Origin: Pseudovirgaria hyperparasitica
Lineage: Eukaryota
Length of the DNA: 64,000 nucleotides
Assembly (NCBI GenBank): GCA_010093815.1
Contig: ML996577.1
Reading direction: 5' to 3' (one strand)
Part shown: piece after piece, positions 12,633 through 23,224 of the stretch
How the letters are laid out: each line of letters opens with the position of its first letter
Position numbering within the stretch: the first letter of the stretch is position 1
Position numbers and translations under genes: made by a program
The notes under the pieces: generated by a model
The model's database searches: none
Told to the model about the DNA's origin: nothing
Seen by the model: the letters and a program-made list of their open reading frames with translations, nothing else

Positions 12633-13260
12633 ATGTCGACACGCGTCCCAAGGTACGCGATCATATTTATTTCCCAAAGTCAATTGTTCGCTAAGCCCCA
12701 CCAGGTTCAATAAAACGTCACTATATGACACCACCCCTCTCCCCGATGATATCCCCAAGGTCAAAGAGATCGGTGCGAGCTCGGCACCATTGATGTCGGC
12801 TGCCTTCTTCATTGGAGCACGATGCAAAGCATACAATGATGACTATATGCAGTGCAAGACTGAGTCAAACGGCCGCGGAGAGCTCGAATGCATGAAAGAG
12901 GGAAGAAAGGTCACAAGATGCGCTGCGAGCGTGTAAGCAGGCCTGTACAAACATACAAGGAGACGAACATCGATCGCTGACTGTGACTCCTGTAGACTGG
13001 AAGATATAAACAAAAACTGCTTGGAAGAGTTCAAAAAGCACTGGGACTGCCTAGAGAACAACAATCAACAGCTATGGCATTGCCGAGCGCAAGAGAGGCC
13101 ATTCAACAAATGTGTATTCGATAAGCTGGTAAGATCATGACATTTTCCCTACTATTAACATGCAAACTGACGCAATGTATAGAACCTGGAGAAGACCATT
13201 CCAGGAACACCGGAAAATGTCACACCTGTGCATCTCCGCAAATACCAGAAATTCTCTTAG
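12633..13260 (+). CDS. NDUFA8: NADH:ubiquinone oxidoreductase 20.8 kDa subunit (NDUFA8), 4 exons
   Basis: MSTRVPR|FNKTSLYDTTPLPDDIPKVKEIGASSAPLMSAAFFIGARCKAYNDDYMQCK...CMKEGRKVTRCAASV|LEDINKNCLEEFKKHWDCLENNNQQLWHCR...C; twin CX9C pattern. Confidence 0.92.
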
Positions 13261-14456
13261 ATCGAGTAGCAAGAAGAATGTCACATTTTGTACAACATCA
13301 GACTAATAATTCGGCACTTTGACCCTACCCTTGAGTACTTACACAGTTTCTAGGACACGTGAACAGCTGGAACTTCTCCCATAGAGCACCTCTGCAGGAT
13401 CAGGGCAGAATGACGCGCAGATTCCCCGGGTGACCTTCACCTAACGACCAGTGGAATCATCATCTGTGCCCATGATATCTGCCAGCATAAACAACCAGAA
13501 CGACTAGAGCTACGTGCGATACTCGACGCCCAATTGCATCATCCGAAGCAGAGAGTTTATCGCACTGTAGGTTTGCTAGATATTTAGTGTCTCTTATCAC
13601 GCTAGAAACACAAGCCCCGACGCATTCTGTGCATCTATGAATCTCTTGTGTCTTTCCTTCATTCTATCCACTAGATCTACCAATACTATCTCGTGGAAGT
13701 TTTTATCAGCGTCACGATATTTCGAACTACCAGGCGCTATCACCTTCATCCGCTACTTCGTAATCATTTCCACTCAGTCTCAACGGTCATGGCAGAGATT
13801 AGCCACGCCATTTCTTGTTACACCTTTCTTTGGGGATGATATCATTATTCAGCTGCAATTCCCAGAATTTTCGCGATGAGCATCACCAGAAGTCCACCCA
13901 CCATCTCTGAATTGGGGTGAAAGGTTCATATGAACCATGCTAGAGAATACGACATGCAGGAACATGTCTCAGGAAGTTCCTAGTTGTACGATGTGATATA
14001 CATCAGGAGGGGAAGCCGTGAAGGACGTCAAGAGCTACACTAAGTATATGCAAACAGCGTCAATTATACCGGAAGGGTAGGTGGAGAGGCTTGGCCGAGA
14101 CTCTATAGTCGTTCCTCAGACTTCGTGGCGTCAATTTCCGCTGAAGCCTGAACACGCACTTGGTACTTTCATGTCAGATCGCTAATGGACCTTGACCTGC
14201 CTCACTCTTAGTAAGTGGCTGTTGTCGAAATGCACATGAGCTCGCTTTGTTGGAGTTCGTGGGACTCTGCTTATAGTGGAGGCAATTCTTGATGGTGACG
14301 TCTAGCATCTAGCATGCATGAGATTCCACAGGATTATGTGTGAACATATGAGTCATTGGTATCTAGATCATGTACGTCTTGTATACAGCATCAGAAATCC
14401 TGGCGCGGACATGGACGGCTTGTGTGAAGAGTCTACAGTGTAGAAATGGATCATAA

Positions 14457-16982
14457 CTACTTCAGCCGTTCTCTTCCTAGCGCACCAAGTACGATCCCGA
14501 GAAACCAAGCGACGCATACGACGCCGTAGATATGATCTCTGACCCATATTTGCCATTCAGGACGCTCATAAAAGCTCATTAGAAGCCATGCTACCACAAT
14601 GCGGCCTGCACGCAGCAGCCTAGGCTGCGCGACGACAAGTATGCCGTCTCGTAGAAGCGTAACCCATAAGACATCGATCAACCCTTCTCTCCAGGTCATG
14701 CTTGTTTGAGAGAAGGCCATGACGTATGTGAAAAAGCTTGTAAGCTCCCATTGTCGGTACATGATGCTGGTGCCGAATGAGGCACGAATGTGTTTGTAGA
14801 GCGGGTCCACGCCAGCAAGGGCTTTTGGTGTAGTATTCCACATTCGATAATAGATTCGAGTCGTATTATTGTTGTTTATGTGTGCTGCCAGTAAAGGTGC
14901 ACTAATGTAGACCAAACAACTTCGAAACCAAACCAGAGGAGTGCGACCCACGGGTAGGTTGAAGATGCCATAGAGATTGACCATTGACGTTATAGAATAG
15001 TTGAAATTCGAGGAGATGAATGAGTCCCAGATGGTGTCGTTCATGAGGATATTGGAAATGTCCCAGCCAAAGATTACCAGGAAGCAGCCATGCATGAGAG
15101 GGACCAAAAGAGTATACCATATGTACGGCCATAATGTGCTGCAATCTATGGTGTCCACTTTGGCCACCCAGAATGACTCGCTAAGTACATCGTCCTTATT
15201 GAGGGTGACCCTGAATGCCAATTTATTGTTGGCCCATACGAATTTTGTCAATGGAAGACTGTGTATTAAAGGATCTTCTTTGAAGCGAATCATGGTAGCA
15301 CCAGCCGCATTTTCGTGGCCTGTATCCGGAGGTTCCCCTTGATGTTGCAACATTTGGGTGTCTCTGTCATCACATGCATGCGCAGCGATACGCACGGCAG
15401 GAAGAATCTGATAATTGCCATCCATAGATGCTTCAATCCCGTGAACATCAGCAAAAGTCTGGCGCGTATCTGGACCATATTTAAACATAACATGTACATC
15501 ATATGTGGATGCTACGTTATTTCTATCGATGTGAGGGACCCTCAAATGTGCATCCATACGTAGGGCTCTGCGATCACCCGGATCCGAAACAGGTTGACAG
15601 AATTTCAGTTCTTTGTTCCAAAATGCTTGCGGGTATGCTGAGTGAATCCAAGCCTCCGGAGGTGGCGTACCTGATTGTGACTGATGACGTCTTGTCCACG
15701 AAGGTAGCTCAAGGCGTAATTTTGTGTGTCGCATAGGTTTCGTAGCCCCAATTAGCTGTTCAACTTGTCCAAGAGCTGGCGCTAGATCTGCCTCTCGTCG
15801 AATTACGATTTTGCGCCGGGGAGGCTTTTCCACTTTCTCCTTCTTTCGGAACTCGGACCAATCAACTTCAGTACAGCGGCCTTCAGGGGTAGGAACAACA
15901 CAATATTCCTCTGGACCGGATGGTTGAAGATTCAAAAGGAATACTGAAAAAGGACTGTTGACCGACCGACAGTCCAGAAGGACCCTATAACGGTCATGCG
16001 CTTTGGTCTCCTGCCAAAAGTCAAACGTGCGGTAACCGGGAAGATCTATCTCTAGCCCACGGTTACTCATATAGAACGCCGTAGGTGCTGAAGACGTATT
16101 TCGGATGATGTGTCCTCTGCCTTCAAAGTGGTCTGGCGATGGAGCCAGGAGTAAAGCTATACCACTTCCTGGGTATCCCAGAAGTCCCTGTCCACCTGCT
16201 TGCAGCGAGGGCGACGCGTCGTTCCACGCAAACAATGATTGGTCGTCTGAATACTTGATAATTTCCTCCTGGAGACGGACAAAAGCGTTCTTACCACCCT
16301 CACCATAATGTGTCGGCATCGTGATTCCAAAGATTCCAAACAAAGAGTACGCTCGATCTTCTGGGCGAGAAGTACACCTGCCAGCTGCCCACGACATTCT
16401 CTTGGCTACACTGTACGCAGAAAGATTATTTGGGCCATCACGCAGGACTTCCTCGTCTATACTTGTTACCCGAGAAAGATCACAGGCAGAGTCTGCACGT
16501 GTGCTCAGCAGGTCCCATGTAGCATCGAAGAAGATGACTGATTTCGGAGCAATGAGCTCCTGTAGTGTCCAGCCCCGAGTGGACCAGCGGGCTTTTGAGA
16601 AGTCTATCTGACTAGGCGTTGCCGTCTTGAAAACGTCTTCGAGATAGACGTAACAGACGGTTGCTTTGGCGTACCACTCGAACATGGAGTTGATCGAAGT
16701 GGTCAGTTCGGTAGGATTCTTCTGGTCGATGCAGCATGTGTCGATCCAGACGTACTCGAGCCCATCACGTACGGCTTGAGCGACGGTGTTGCTGACCTTA
16801 CTCCATCCTCGTCGACCTTTGAGGAGAGCATTTTCCTCATCACTGCGCAGAGCTATATCACGTATATCTGGATAGTAGACTTCTTCGCTTGCTTCTTGGA
16901 TCCATGTGTGTGATAGAATTGCATACTTTCGATCAGGTGTCCCGTCCTCGAATAGCCAGTCCTTAACGCGCAAAAGTCTCAT
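14457..16982 (-). CDS. HET (heterokaryon incompatibility) domain protein with a long unique middle region and a hydrophobic multi-TM C-terminus
   Basis: Single 841-aa ORF with MRLL, YAILSHTW, YVWIDTCCIDQ, SINSMFEWY, CYVYLED, WSTRGWTLQELIAP, RMSWAAGR-TSRPEDRAYSLFGIF, YGEG, AFVRLQEEI, DQSLFAW. Confidence 0.92.
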   Translation of the reverse strand: MRLLRVKDWLFEDGTPDRKYAILSHTWIQEASEEVYYPDIRDIALRSDEENALLKGRRGWSKVSNTVAQAVRDGLEYVWIDTCCIDQKNPTELTTSINSMFEWYAKATVCYVYLEDVFKTATPSQIDFSKARWSTRGWTLQELIAPKSVIFFDATWDLLSTRADSACDLSRVTSIDEEVLRDGPNNLSAYSVAKRMSWAAGRCTSRPEDRAYSLFGIFGITMPTHYGEGGKNAFVRLQEEIIKYSDDQSLFAWNDASPSLQAGGQGLLGYPGSGIALLLAPSPDHFEGRGHIIRNTSSAPTAFYMSNRGLEIDLPGYRTFDFWQETKAHDRYRVLLDCRSVNSPFSVFLLNLQPSGPEEYCVVPTPEGRCTEVDWSEFRKKEKVEKPPRRKIVIRREADLAPALGQVEQLIGATKPMRHTKLRLELPSWTRRHQSQSGTPPPEAWIHSAYPQAFWNKELKFCQPVSDPGDRRALRMDAHLRVPHIDRNNVASTYDVHVMFKYGPDTRQTFADVHGIEASMDGNYQILPAVRIAAHACDDRDTQMLQHQGEPPDTGHENAAGATMIRFKEDPLIHSLPLTKFVWANNKLAFRVTLNKDDVLSESFWVAKVDTIDCSTLWPYIWYTLLVPLMHGCFLVIFGWDISNILMNDTIWDSFISSNFNYSITSMVNLYGIFNLPVGRTPLVWFRSCLVYISAPLLAAHINNNNTTRIYYRMWNTTPKALAGVDPLYKHIRASFGTSIMYRQWELTSFFTYVMAFSQTSMTWREGLIDVLWVTLLRDGILVVAQPRLLRAGRIVVAWLLMSFYERPEWQIWVRDHIYGVVCVAWFLGIVLGALGRERLK

Positions 16983-17374
16983 ATTTGACTTGGAGACTTT
17001 CCGTGAGAGGAAAGCTAGCCGCGCCAGACGGCTTGCAGTGACCTTTCACGTTATATCTATACAAGAATTTCAAAGGGCCATGGCACATAGCGGGCAGAGT
17101 CTAGACCTTCGTTCAAGTCGAGATTGGCTCCTCGTGACAGCCATAGGCTACTTGAGCAAGCCACAGCACCGACTTCTTCAGCCGCACGCTCATGTTGTGC
17201 ATGGAGTGCTCGAGGGCTTCCAGAAGGGTTCCACCTGAGTGACCTACCTAAGAGACCTTTGCTGACTAAAACTTGCTAAGCCACTGACCTGACAGACGAT
17301 CTCGACCTAATTACCGCGAAAAAGTATCGCCTGAATATGACACCCCAAAACAATGTAGGCGCAGTGAGGTAAAG

Positions 17375-18160
17375 ATGACTGATCAAGCGGATCTACAAGT
17401 GTATGAGCAGCTACTGCAATCGTATGAATAGCCAAAGCTAAACATTTTCAGCGTTGGACGCGACGCCCTGCGCTCCGCCGAATCCTCTCGATCGCCGTCT
17501 CCAGATCACGATAATTGTGCAACCAACACGTTTCGAGAACTCTTGAATAAGCGATTCGGTGCCATAGAAGATATAGAAATTCTAGATACACCTCCTGCAT
17601 TCTCAGCGGTAGACGTTGGTGATGACATCGAAGACACTGAATTACGCTTGTTCGCATCGCAAAGTGCACCTACGAAAATTGATCTCCGCTCCCCCTCACC
17701 ACCAGGTGGGGAACCAGGGTTCGTACAACCCGAAAGGCCTTTGAGTTACTATCTTGCAGAGTCACCGTCGGCACAAGACCAAATAAGGCTGGCTCTAGCA
17801 GCTGTGTCTGGAGAGGAAGTTCTCGATCGCTCACATGCGAGATGGGCGGGTTGCGCGCTGCCCTGGAGGGTCCACACTGTAATCCCCGAAACTATACTTG
17901 GTACCAAAATACATATGAGTGAATTGCAGAGGAGGAGACGTCCATCCAAGAAGGCTCGCATTGCGCTTCGTGCAAAACAAAAGGCGAAACTAATGAAGGA
18001 AGAGGAAGCTAAGAGAGCAGCGCAAGAGAAAGAACAATATTTAAGGGAGAAGAAGAGCGCGGAAAATAGAAAGAAACAATTGAAGAAGCGTGCAAAAGAG
18101 AGAGCGAAGAAAGCCGAGACTGGGATCGCTGCACGAGATATATCAATGTCAGCAGATTGA
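17375..18160 (+). CDS. Conserved fungal protein, DUF2011-like; start codon uncertain; intron about 17401-17451
   Basis: ELRLFA, IDLRSPSP, GFVQPERPLSYY, AAVSGEEV, WAGCALPWRV, then a K/R/E-rich coiled-coil tail (RRRPSKKARIALR...EKKSAENRKKQLKKR). Confidence 0.65.
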
Positions 18161-18999
18161 AGTTCTACTCTCAATGTGGTCGACGACCTCGACTCTACCT
18201 AGAGATGATATCCGCTCCGACGAGGTGATTAAATGCGGTCGAATTCTTAACTTGAATTACCAGGGCCCAATTTCATCCCGCTTGATTTCCATCCACCGTC
18301 AGGAGGTGGCCAGAATCATCGCATGTGAGCTTTGATAACATGGTCAGAATAGTGGCACCCGCCTCCTGATTTGTGGCACACTTTACTTTCACGTCTACGT
18401 ATTGGTACACAACACTATTGTAGTGCGCTCTCCCGGCCTTTCTTCGTGCACATAAGCTCGTAAGGAGAACCAGCTCAATTCAACTAAGAGTCATTGAGAC
18501 AACGTTATCACTGAAAAGATTGTCATATGCGAGGCAATCTGCCAAGTGATAGTCGCCGAGCTTCTGAATAGGAAAATCTCTATTGAAGGTGTGTTTTCGT
18601 CTCGTTTAGGCTACTCGATACATACCATGGAGTCTTTCGCATTGTTCACAAAATTCACGCAATGAAATCCCTGTTCACTTCGTCTCCGTGAATACGGTTT
18701 CACCTCCTAACTCACACGAGTTCTCAATAGGGCATCATGTCAATGGAAATTATATAGAATTGAGCTGTGGTGAATAGCGTAGGCCTCTTGCTTGCATATA
18801 AATACAGCTTCACCCTGCCTCTACACAAGTTTTTCTTCTTTGTCTACAAACCTGATCCGCTGCTGTCAAACATCAACTTTCATCTCGCAAGCTTGCACTT
18901 TTTCACACTTCTTGCCTTCATCAAGTCGACATCTCTCATATCCAACGCGCCGAATCGTCAGAACAAACAATCAGCAAGATCAAATCCTTCACTACCATC

Positions 19000-19959
19000 A
19001 TGTTCCCAGCACGAATCTCCCAGTTGGCCCTCTTCATTGCCTCCGCCACTGCCCTCTTCAAGCAGTGGTGCATGGCCTACCGGTACCCCCGGACGGTCTC
19101 ATATGCCGATCTCTGTGAGGATACCTGCGTGGTCGTCAGCCAGATCCTCCACCACTTCTTCACCGCCGCCGCCGGCTTCAGTATCGAGGCCAAGGGAAAC
19201 CTTGAGCACCCCGTCCGGGTACGCCTCACCAAAAAGCACAAGAAAACGACCATTCCCGCCGACCAGATCTACGAATACCACATCAAGCACTACAACCCCT
19301 CTCTCGTTGCGCCGTCCTGGGCTGGTCCCAGCGACATTTCCTCCTTCTGGGCCCTGGTGCTCGCCATTGCCTCCCCGCCGCAAGTGCGCGCTCTGTGGTG
19401 CCCCGACACCACCGACAACGAGCTGCACGCGTATACCAAGCGCGTCATGACAGAGGAGGGAGTACGGGCTGGTCCCGTACTCATCATCAACAACGACAAG
19501 ATGGAGTTCTTCTGGTTTTCTGCTGGCGCCAGTGGCGCATACTGCTGGCTCGACCGCACCAGCTTCGGCGTCCCGGTGGATCCGTCGGTGCAGCTGGCTC
19601 CCGGCCGCCTCGGCCATGTGGAACTCTTGATGCGCGGCTTGCTCAAGCAGGAGACATGGTTGGGTGTCGGTCGGGGGTTCAGTGGGGTGAGGGTGGGGGA
19701 GAAGGGTAGGGTGGGGACGAGGAGTCTGGATGTCAGATGTCCTCATCCGGAGAGGACGTGGGCTTTGGAGGTTGGGGGTGAGGAGAGAAGGGGTGAGGCG
19801 GTGCTGGAGAGCCCGCCGATGAGCCCGCTGACGGAGGTGGGGGAGGAGTTGGTGGAAGAGAGGCGTGGTGAAGAGGGGGGGAGGAAGAGGAAGAGAGAGG
19901 TGGAAGTGGATGGAGGCCCCGATGGGGAGAGGGCGGCGAAGAGGGTGAGGTGGGAGTGA
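19000..19959 (+). CDS. Hypothetical protein (orphan), 319 aa
   Basis: Long ORF with accATCATG start context, coding-like C-ending codons in the 5' part and a C-terminal NLS-like GRKRKRE...AAKRVRW. No recognised domain. Confidence 0.55.
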   Translation: MFPARISQLALFIASATALFKQWCMAYRYPRTVSYADLCEDTCVVVSQILHHFFTAAAGFSIEAKGNLEHPVRVRLTKKHKKTTIPADQIYEYHIKHYNPSLVAPSWAGPSDISSFWALVLAIASPPQVRALWCPDTTDNELHAYTKRVMTEEGVRAGPVLIINNDKMEFFWFSAGASGAYCWLDRTSFGVPVDPSVQLAPGRLGHVELLMRGLLKQETWLGVGRGFSGVRVGEKGRVGTRSLDVRCPHPERTWALEVGGEERRGEAVLESPPMSPLTEVGEELVEERRGEEGGRKRKREVEVDGGPDGERAAKRVRWE

Positions 19960-20791
19960 AGGGGTGGGAGAGGTGGACTCTCTACCCCAGTGAGGGGGGT
20001 TCAGCGGTTGGTAACGAGAAAAGTTCTTTGATTTCGAATACCACAATGATGATTCCTTCGCCAGCGCTGCTGGCTATACCCAAAATTAAGGTCTCAACCT
20101 TGTGTCTTAGTGATTATGTTTTGATCATGGTCTTCGAGTCTAAGCTATCATCTTCCTTTACTACTAATCATGTTAGGTTAAGATAACTAAAGGATTGACT
20201 AGACTACTCAACGTACTATGACATCCTTTGACTAGCAGTATCATGGAAACGACACCCAGCACATTATCGCATATTTCCATGAACTGGATATAGCCTGAAA
20301 ATAACTAGAGAATGTAGCTTTCACAAATTGTTATCACTATACATACCTTATGGTTGACGCGGCATCAAGGCCTTTTACGGTCATATCTTAGTCAATTGAC
20401 TGTCGAAATCATGTTATATTTCATACTTTGAGCGTTCTAACCTCCTGGCTATGTTATGAAATAGAGTGTCAATGTTTTTAGGTGTCGTTCTCCCTTGCGA
20501 AACAGTCCGTGGGAAGAAACTCCACTACGGGACTGCGGGATTTTGTTCTGTTGGCTACCTGCCAGATATAGCTTCTAGCACATACTTTACGAAGATTCAC
20601 TCCATGTTAGCTCCAAGATGATGTGCTCAAGCATCGAATTTTGATAACATCATGTCTCCTCAAATAGTATCGAAACTCCTAAAGCTAGCTTTAGGTCTGA
20701 GCTAGCAGACGTTCCTCGTCCATTTTGAATATCTGTTTGTCTGAAACTTTGACCAGCACAGCTTTCAGCAGACAGAGAATGTCATACAGCA

Positions 20792-21820
20792 TCACTCCTC
20801 CTCCTCCTCTGCTACTGATGGCGGCGATCCTTCCGAGAGATCAAGAGACTCTGGTGTGCTACTAAGCGAGCTCACCTTGTCAGAATTTGCATCTTTACCG
20901 GAGTCAAGTTTCGCTTCCAGGAGGCGGATGGTGTTCATCTTCCTATCTGGATAGTAGCCACGCCACTCATAGGCAACAATAAGTTCGTAGCATAGACGAG
21001 ATCGTGGACCAAGTGTGTTGTTCATCGGTTCCGCCATAATGTTCATGTGATGGGTGTCTCGATCAAACTCTTCGTCTGGGTTCCAGTACACGAGGTCCGC
21101 CAGTACAGACCCGCGATGGAAATGAGTAGCCATGCGGTTCCAGCCGGGGAGTTCTGCCGGGCTCCTCTCTGCGTTTATCCCGCTCAGAAGATTCATAATT
21201 CCGCGATCCAAAGCCGCCCATGCGCCATCGATCTTGCTGAATAGAGAAACATCTGGGTATTTGTAAAATGGTGAAGCCTTGTCATAGTTAATGTCATCAT
21301 CGCCATCTCTCCCATGGAGATAATTTTCTAGTAAGGTGTGAGGTAGGGCTTCCGCTGATATATAAGAAAGCTTACCAGCATTGATATCTTGCAGTAGACA
21401 GACAACAGCATACCATATGAAGATAAGCTGCTCTATTTCGGTACCATCTCCCAGAAGATCGCTACCCCGCGCACGCATCTTTGTCAGAATGGTCTGCAAT
21501 CTCTCATGGAGAAACCCCTCGTCCTGACCGTTCGGTAGGAGACAAGTGCGGACCGTATCCCATTGCGCGTTGATCTCTCGCTGTAGGGGTATGTCGTCAG
21601 GATTGGAGAGTGGCATATGATACTGTCCAAACTCGTCCTCTTCCTCCTGTATGCGATTGATTTTCTGGATCTTGTCAGGCTGGGTTTTGTTGGTAAGTCT
21701 CTCAATCAAATTTGCGATCGTTTCTTCGAGAACGTCGAGGGACGCCGACGTCCACTCACTGTGCCTTTCCTCTGAAGGCATCAGCCACTCAGGCGGTGTG
21801 GATGAGCTTCTGTCTGACAT
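20792..21820 (-). CDS. Hypothetical acidic protein (orphan), 342 aa
   Basis: Uninterrupted ORF with globular-looking composition in otherwise AT-rich surroundings. No recognised domain. Confidence 0.6.
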   Translation of the reverse strand: MSDRSSSTPPEWLMPSEERHSEWTSASLDVLEETIANLIERLTNKTQPDKIQKINRIQEEEDEFGQYHMPLSNPDDIPLQREINAQWDTVRTCLLPNGQDEGFLHERLQTILTKMRARGSDLLGDGTEIEQLIFIWYAVVCLLQDINAGKLSYISAEALPHTLLENYLHGRDGDDDINYDKASPFYKYPDVSLFSKIDGAWAALDRGIMNLLSGINAERSPAELPGWNRMATHFHRGSVLADLVYWNPDEEFDRDTHHMNIMAEPMNNTLGPRSRLCYELIVAYEWRGYYPDRKMNTIRLLEAKLDSGKDANSDKVSSLSSTPESLDLSEGSPPSVAEEEEE

Positions 21821-22573
21821 GGTCCAGGCAGGAAGAGATACGAAGATATGTAGAGTAGCTTGCTAATGTCGGCACAAACTGTTGAAGATGTTAAGGAGAC
21901 TTGGGATCCAGCGGTATAGATCGTTCAACTCTTCTGACTGCATTATATACTGATTCTAGCAGGTGTCATAATTTTGTGATCTTTTGTTAGATCATAGACC
22001 GTATCAACCGGTATCGGGAAGCTCTTCCATTCCAAGATAGCAGTACAAGTATCGATCGTTCAATATCATCATATTCGATATTGCAACTCCTGCTCGAGAA
22101 GCATTCCTTAGGTGATGTCCAACGTTCAGTTCCAATGTGGACAAAGCTCTTAGCTTCTTCGTGTCACATTCCGGCTCTAGTGTGCTTCTGATGGATGGAA
22201 TGTTAAAAAAAGTCGCCACATCGGATCAGGCTTGTGTGTCCGACCGCTTTGTCCCTGAGATATACAATCGTGTTGAACAGCGTACCGCACAGGACCCAAC
22301 ATTCCTGACACATCCCAACAGCTTACTGCTGGCATTCTTGTGAAACAACCTACTATTTCCCAGAGCTGCAGTCAGCGAATTCAAATATCAAGCGACAGCT
22401 CCAGTCTTCGCCCTGTAGATGAGAGAATTATGTTACGTTGTTGCCTAGAAAGCCACAGACTTTCGGAAGGGCCTCATACCACGTACTTAAAACTGGCTGA
22501 ATCGCTCGCCACCCTTTGAGATCCTTTTGTCGTCATCATGCGCCATAAGAAGGAATAAACTTGTCTGCGTAAT

Positions 22574-22817
22574 TGTTAAGAGCGAGCGAAGCTTGGGCTA
22601 ATCGCGATAGCTGATTGATAAGATAATCAATATTAATAAACGTTACCTGGTAATAATTAGAAGTATTTAGTGTGCTTTCTTACTTACTAATATATTAATA
22701 AGATACTCCAATCATCAGAGCTTTTTCTGTCATCTATTTATCTTATTAGGCATAAGCTATTTATTTAGAGAAGGGTCTACATAGCTGATCCGGCTAGCTT
22801 AGAGACCGAGTTTAACA
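22574..22817. mobile_element. Probable RIP-degraded solo LTR (244 bp)
   Basis: AT/TpA-rich segment bounded by inverted termini TGTTAA (22574) and TTAACA (22817); 4-bp flanks TAAT and TGAT differ by one transition. Confidence 0.45.
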
Positions 22818-23224
22818 TGATTAGCTACGGTGAACTTCAAGGTGCTACTGGTCTTCTAGTGTTAGAGGCTCGGTCGGCAGCTGTGATCGGATAATTAATC
22901 TCCGCACGCTTTCAGACGGTCCGTTCCATAGTCGCGGGGTAATATTAGAGCGAACGGCCTTGCCTCATTGGGACTTGGTACGGTAGTAACAGTAAGCCGC
23001 GGTGCAACAAGCTGGCCACTATTTCTGAGGCGCCTATGTTGGCTGGAAAATATGACCGGAGTCTTTGCATCAATAACATCAACCGAACATGCCTAGATCT
23101 GATGTCGGAAACACTCGTGTTTTCACATACTAGTTCGCCAGATGTACGAAGGTGTGTATACATTCAGAGCTTGTACAATGATAGCTGTAGTCTTAGGCAC
23201 ATTGATCTATAAACTTTTGTAATC

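Noticed and set aside
19099..20046. Long antisense or overlapping ORFs (also 43996-44817, 1273-1761, 44429-44880 and many inside the PKS)
   Set aside because: Shadow frames caused by GC-biased codon usage of the real gene on the other strand or frame.
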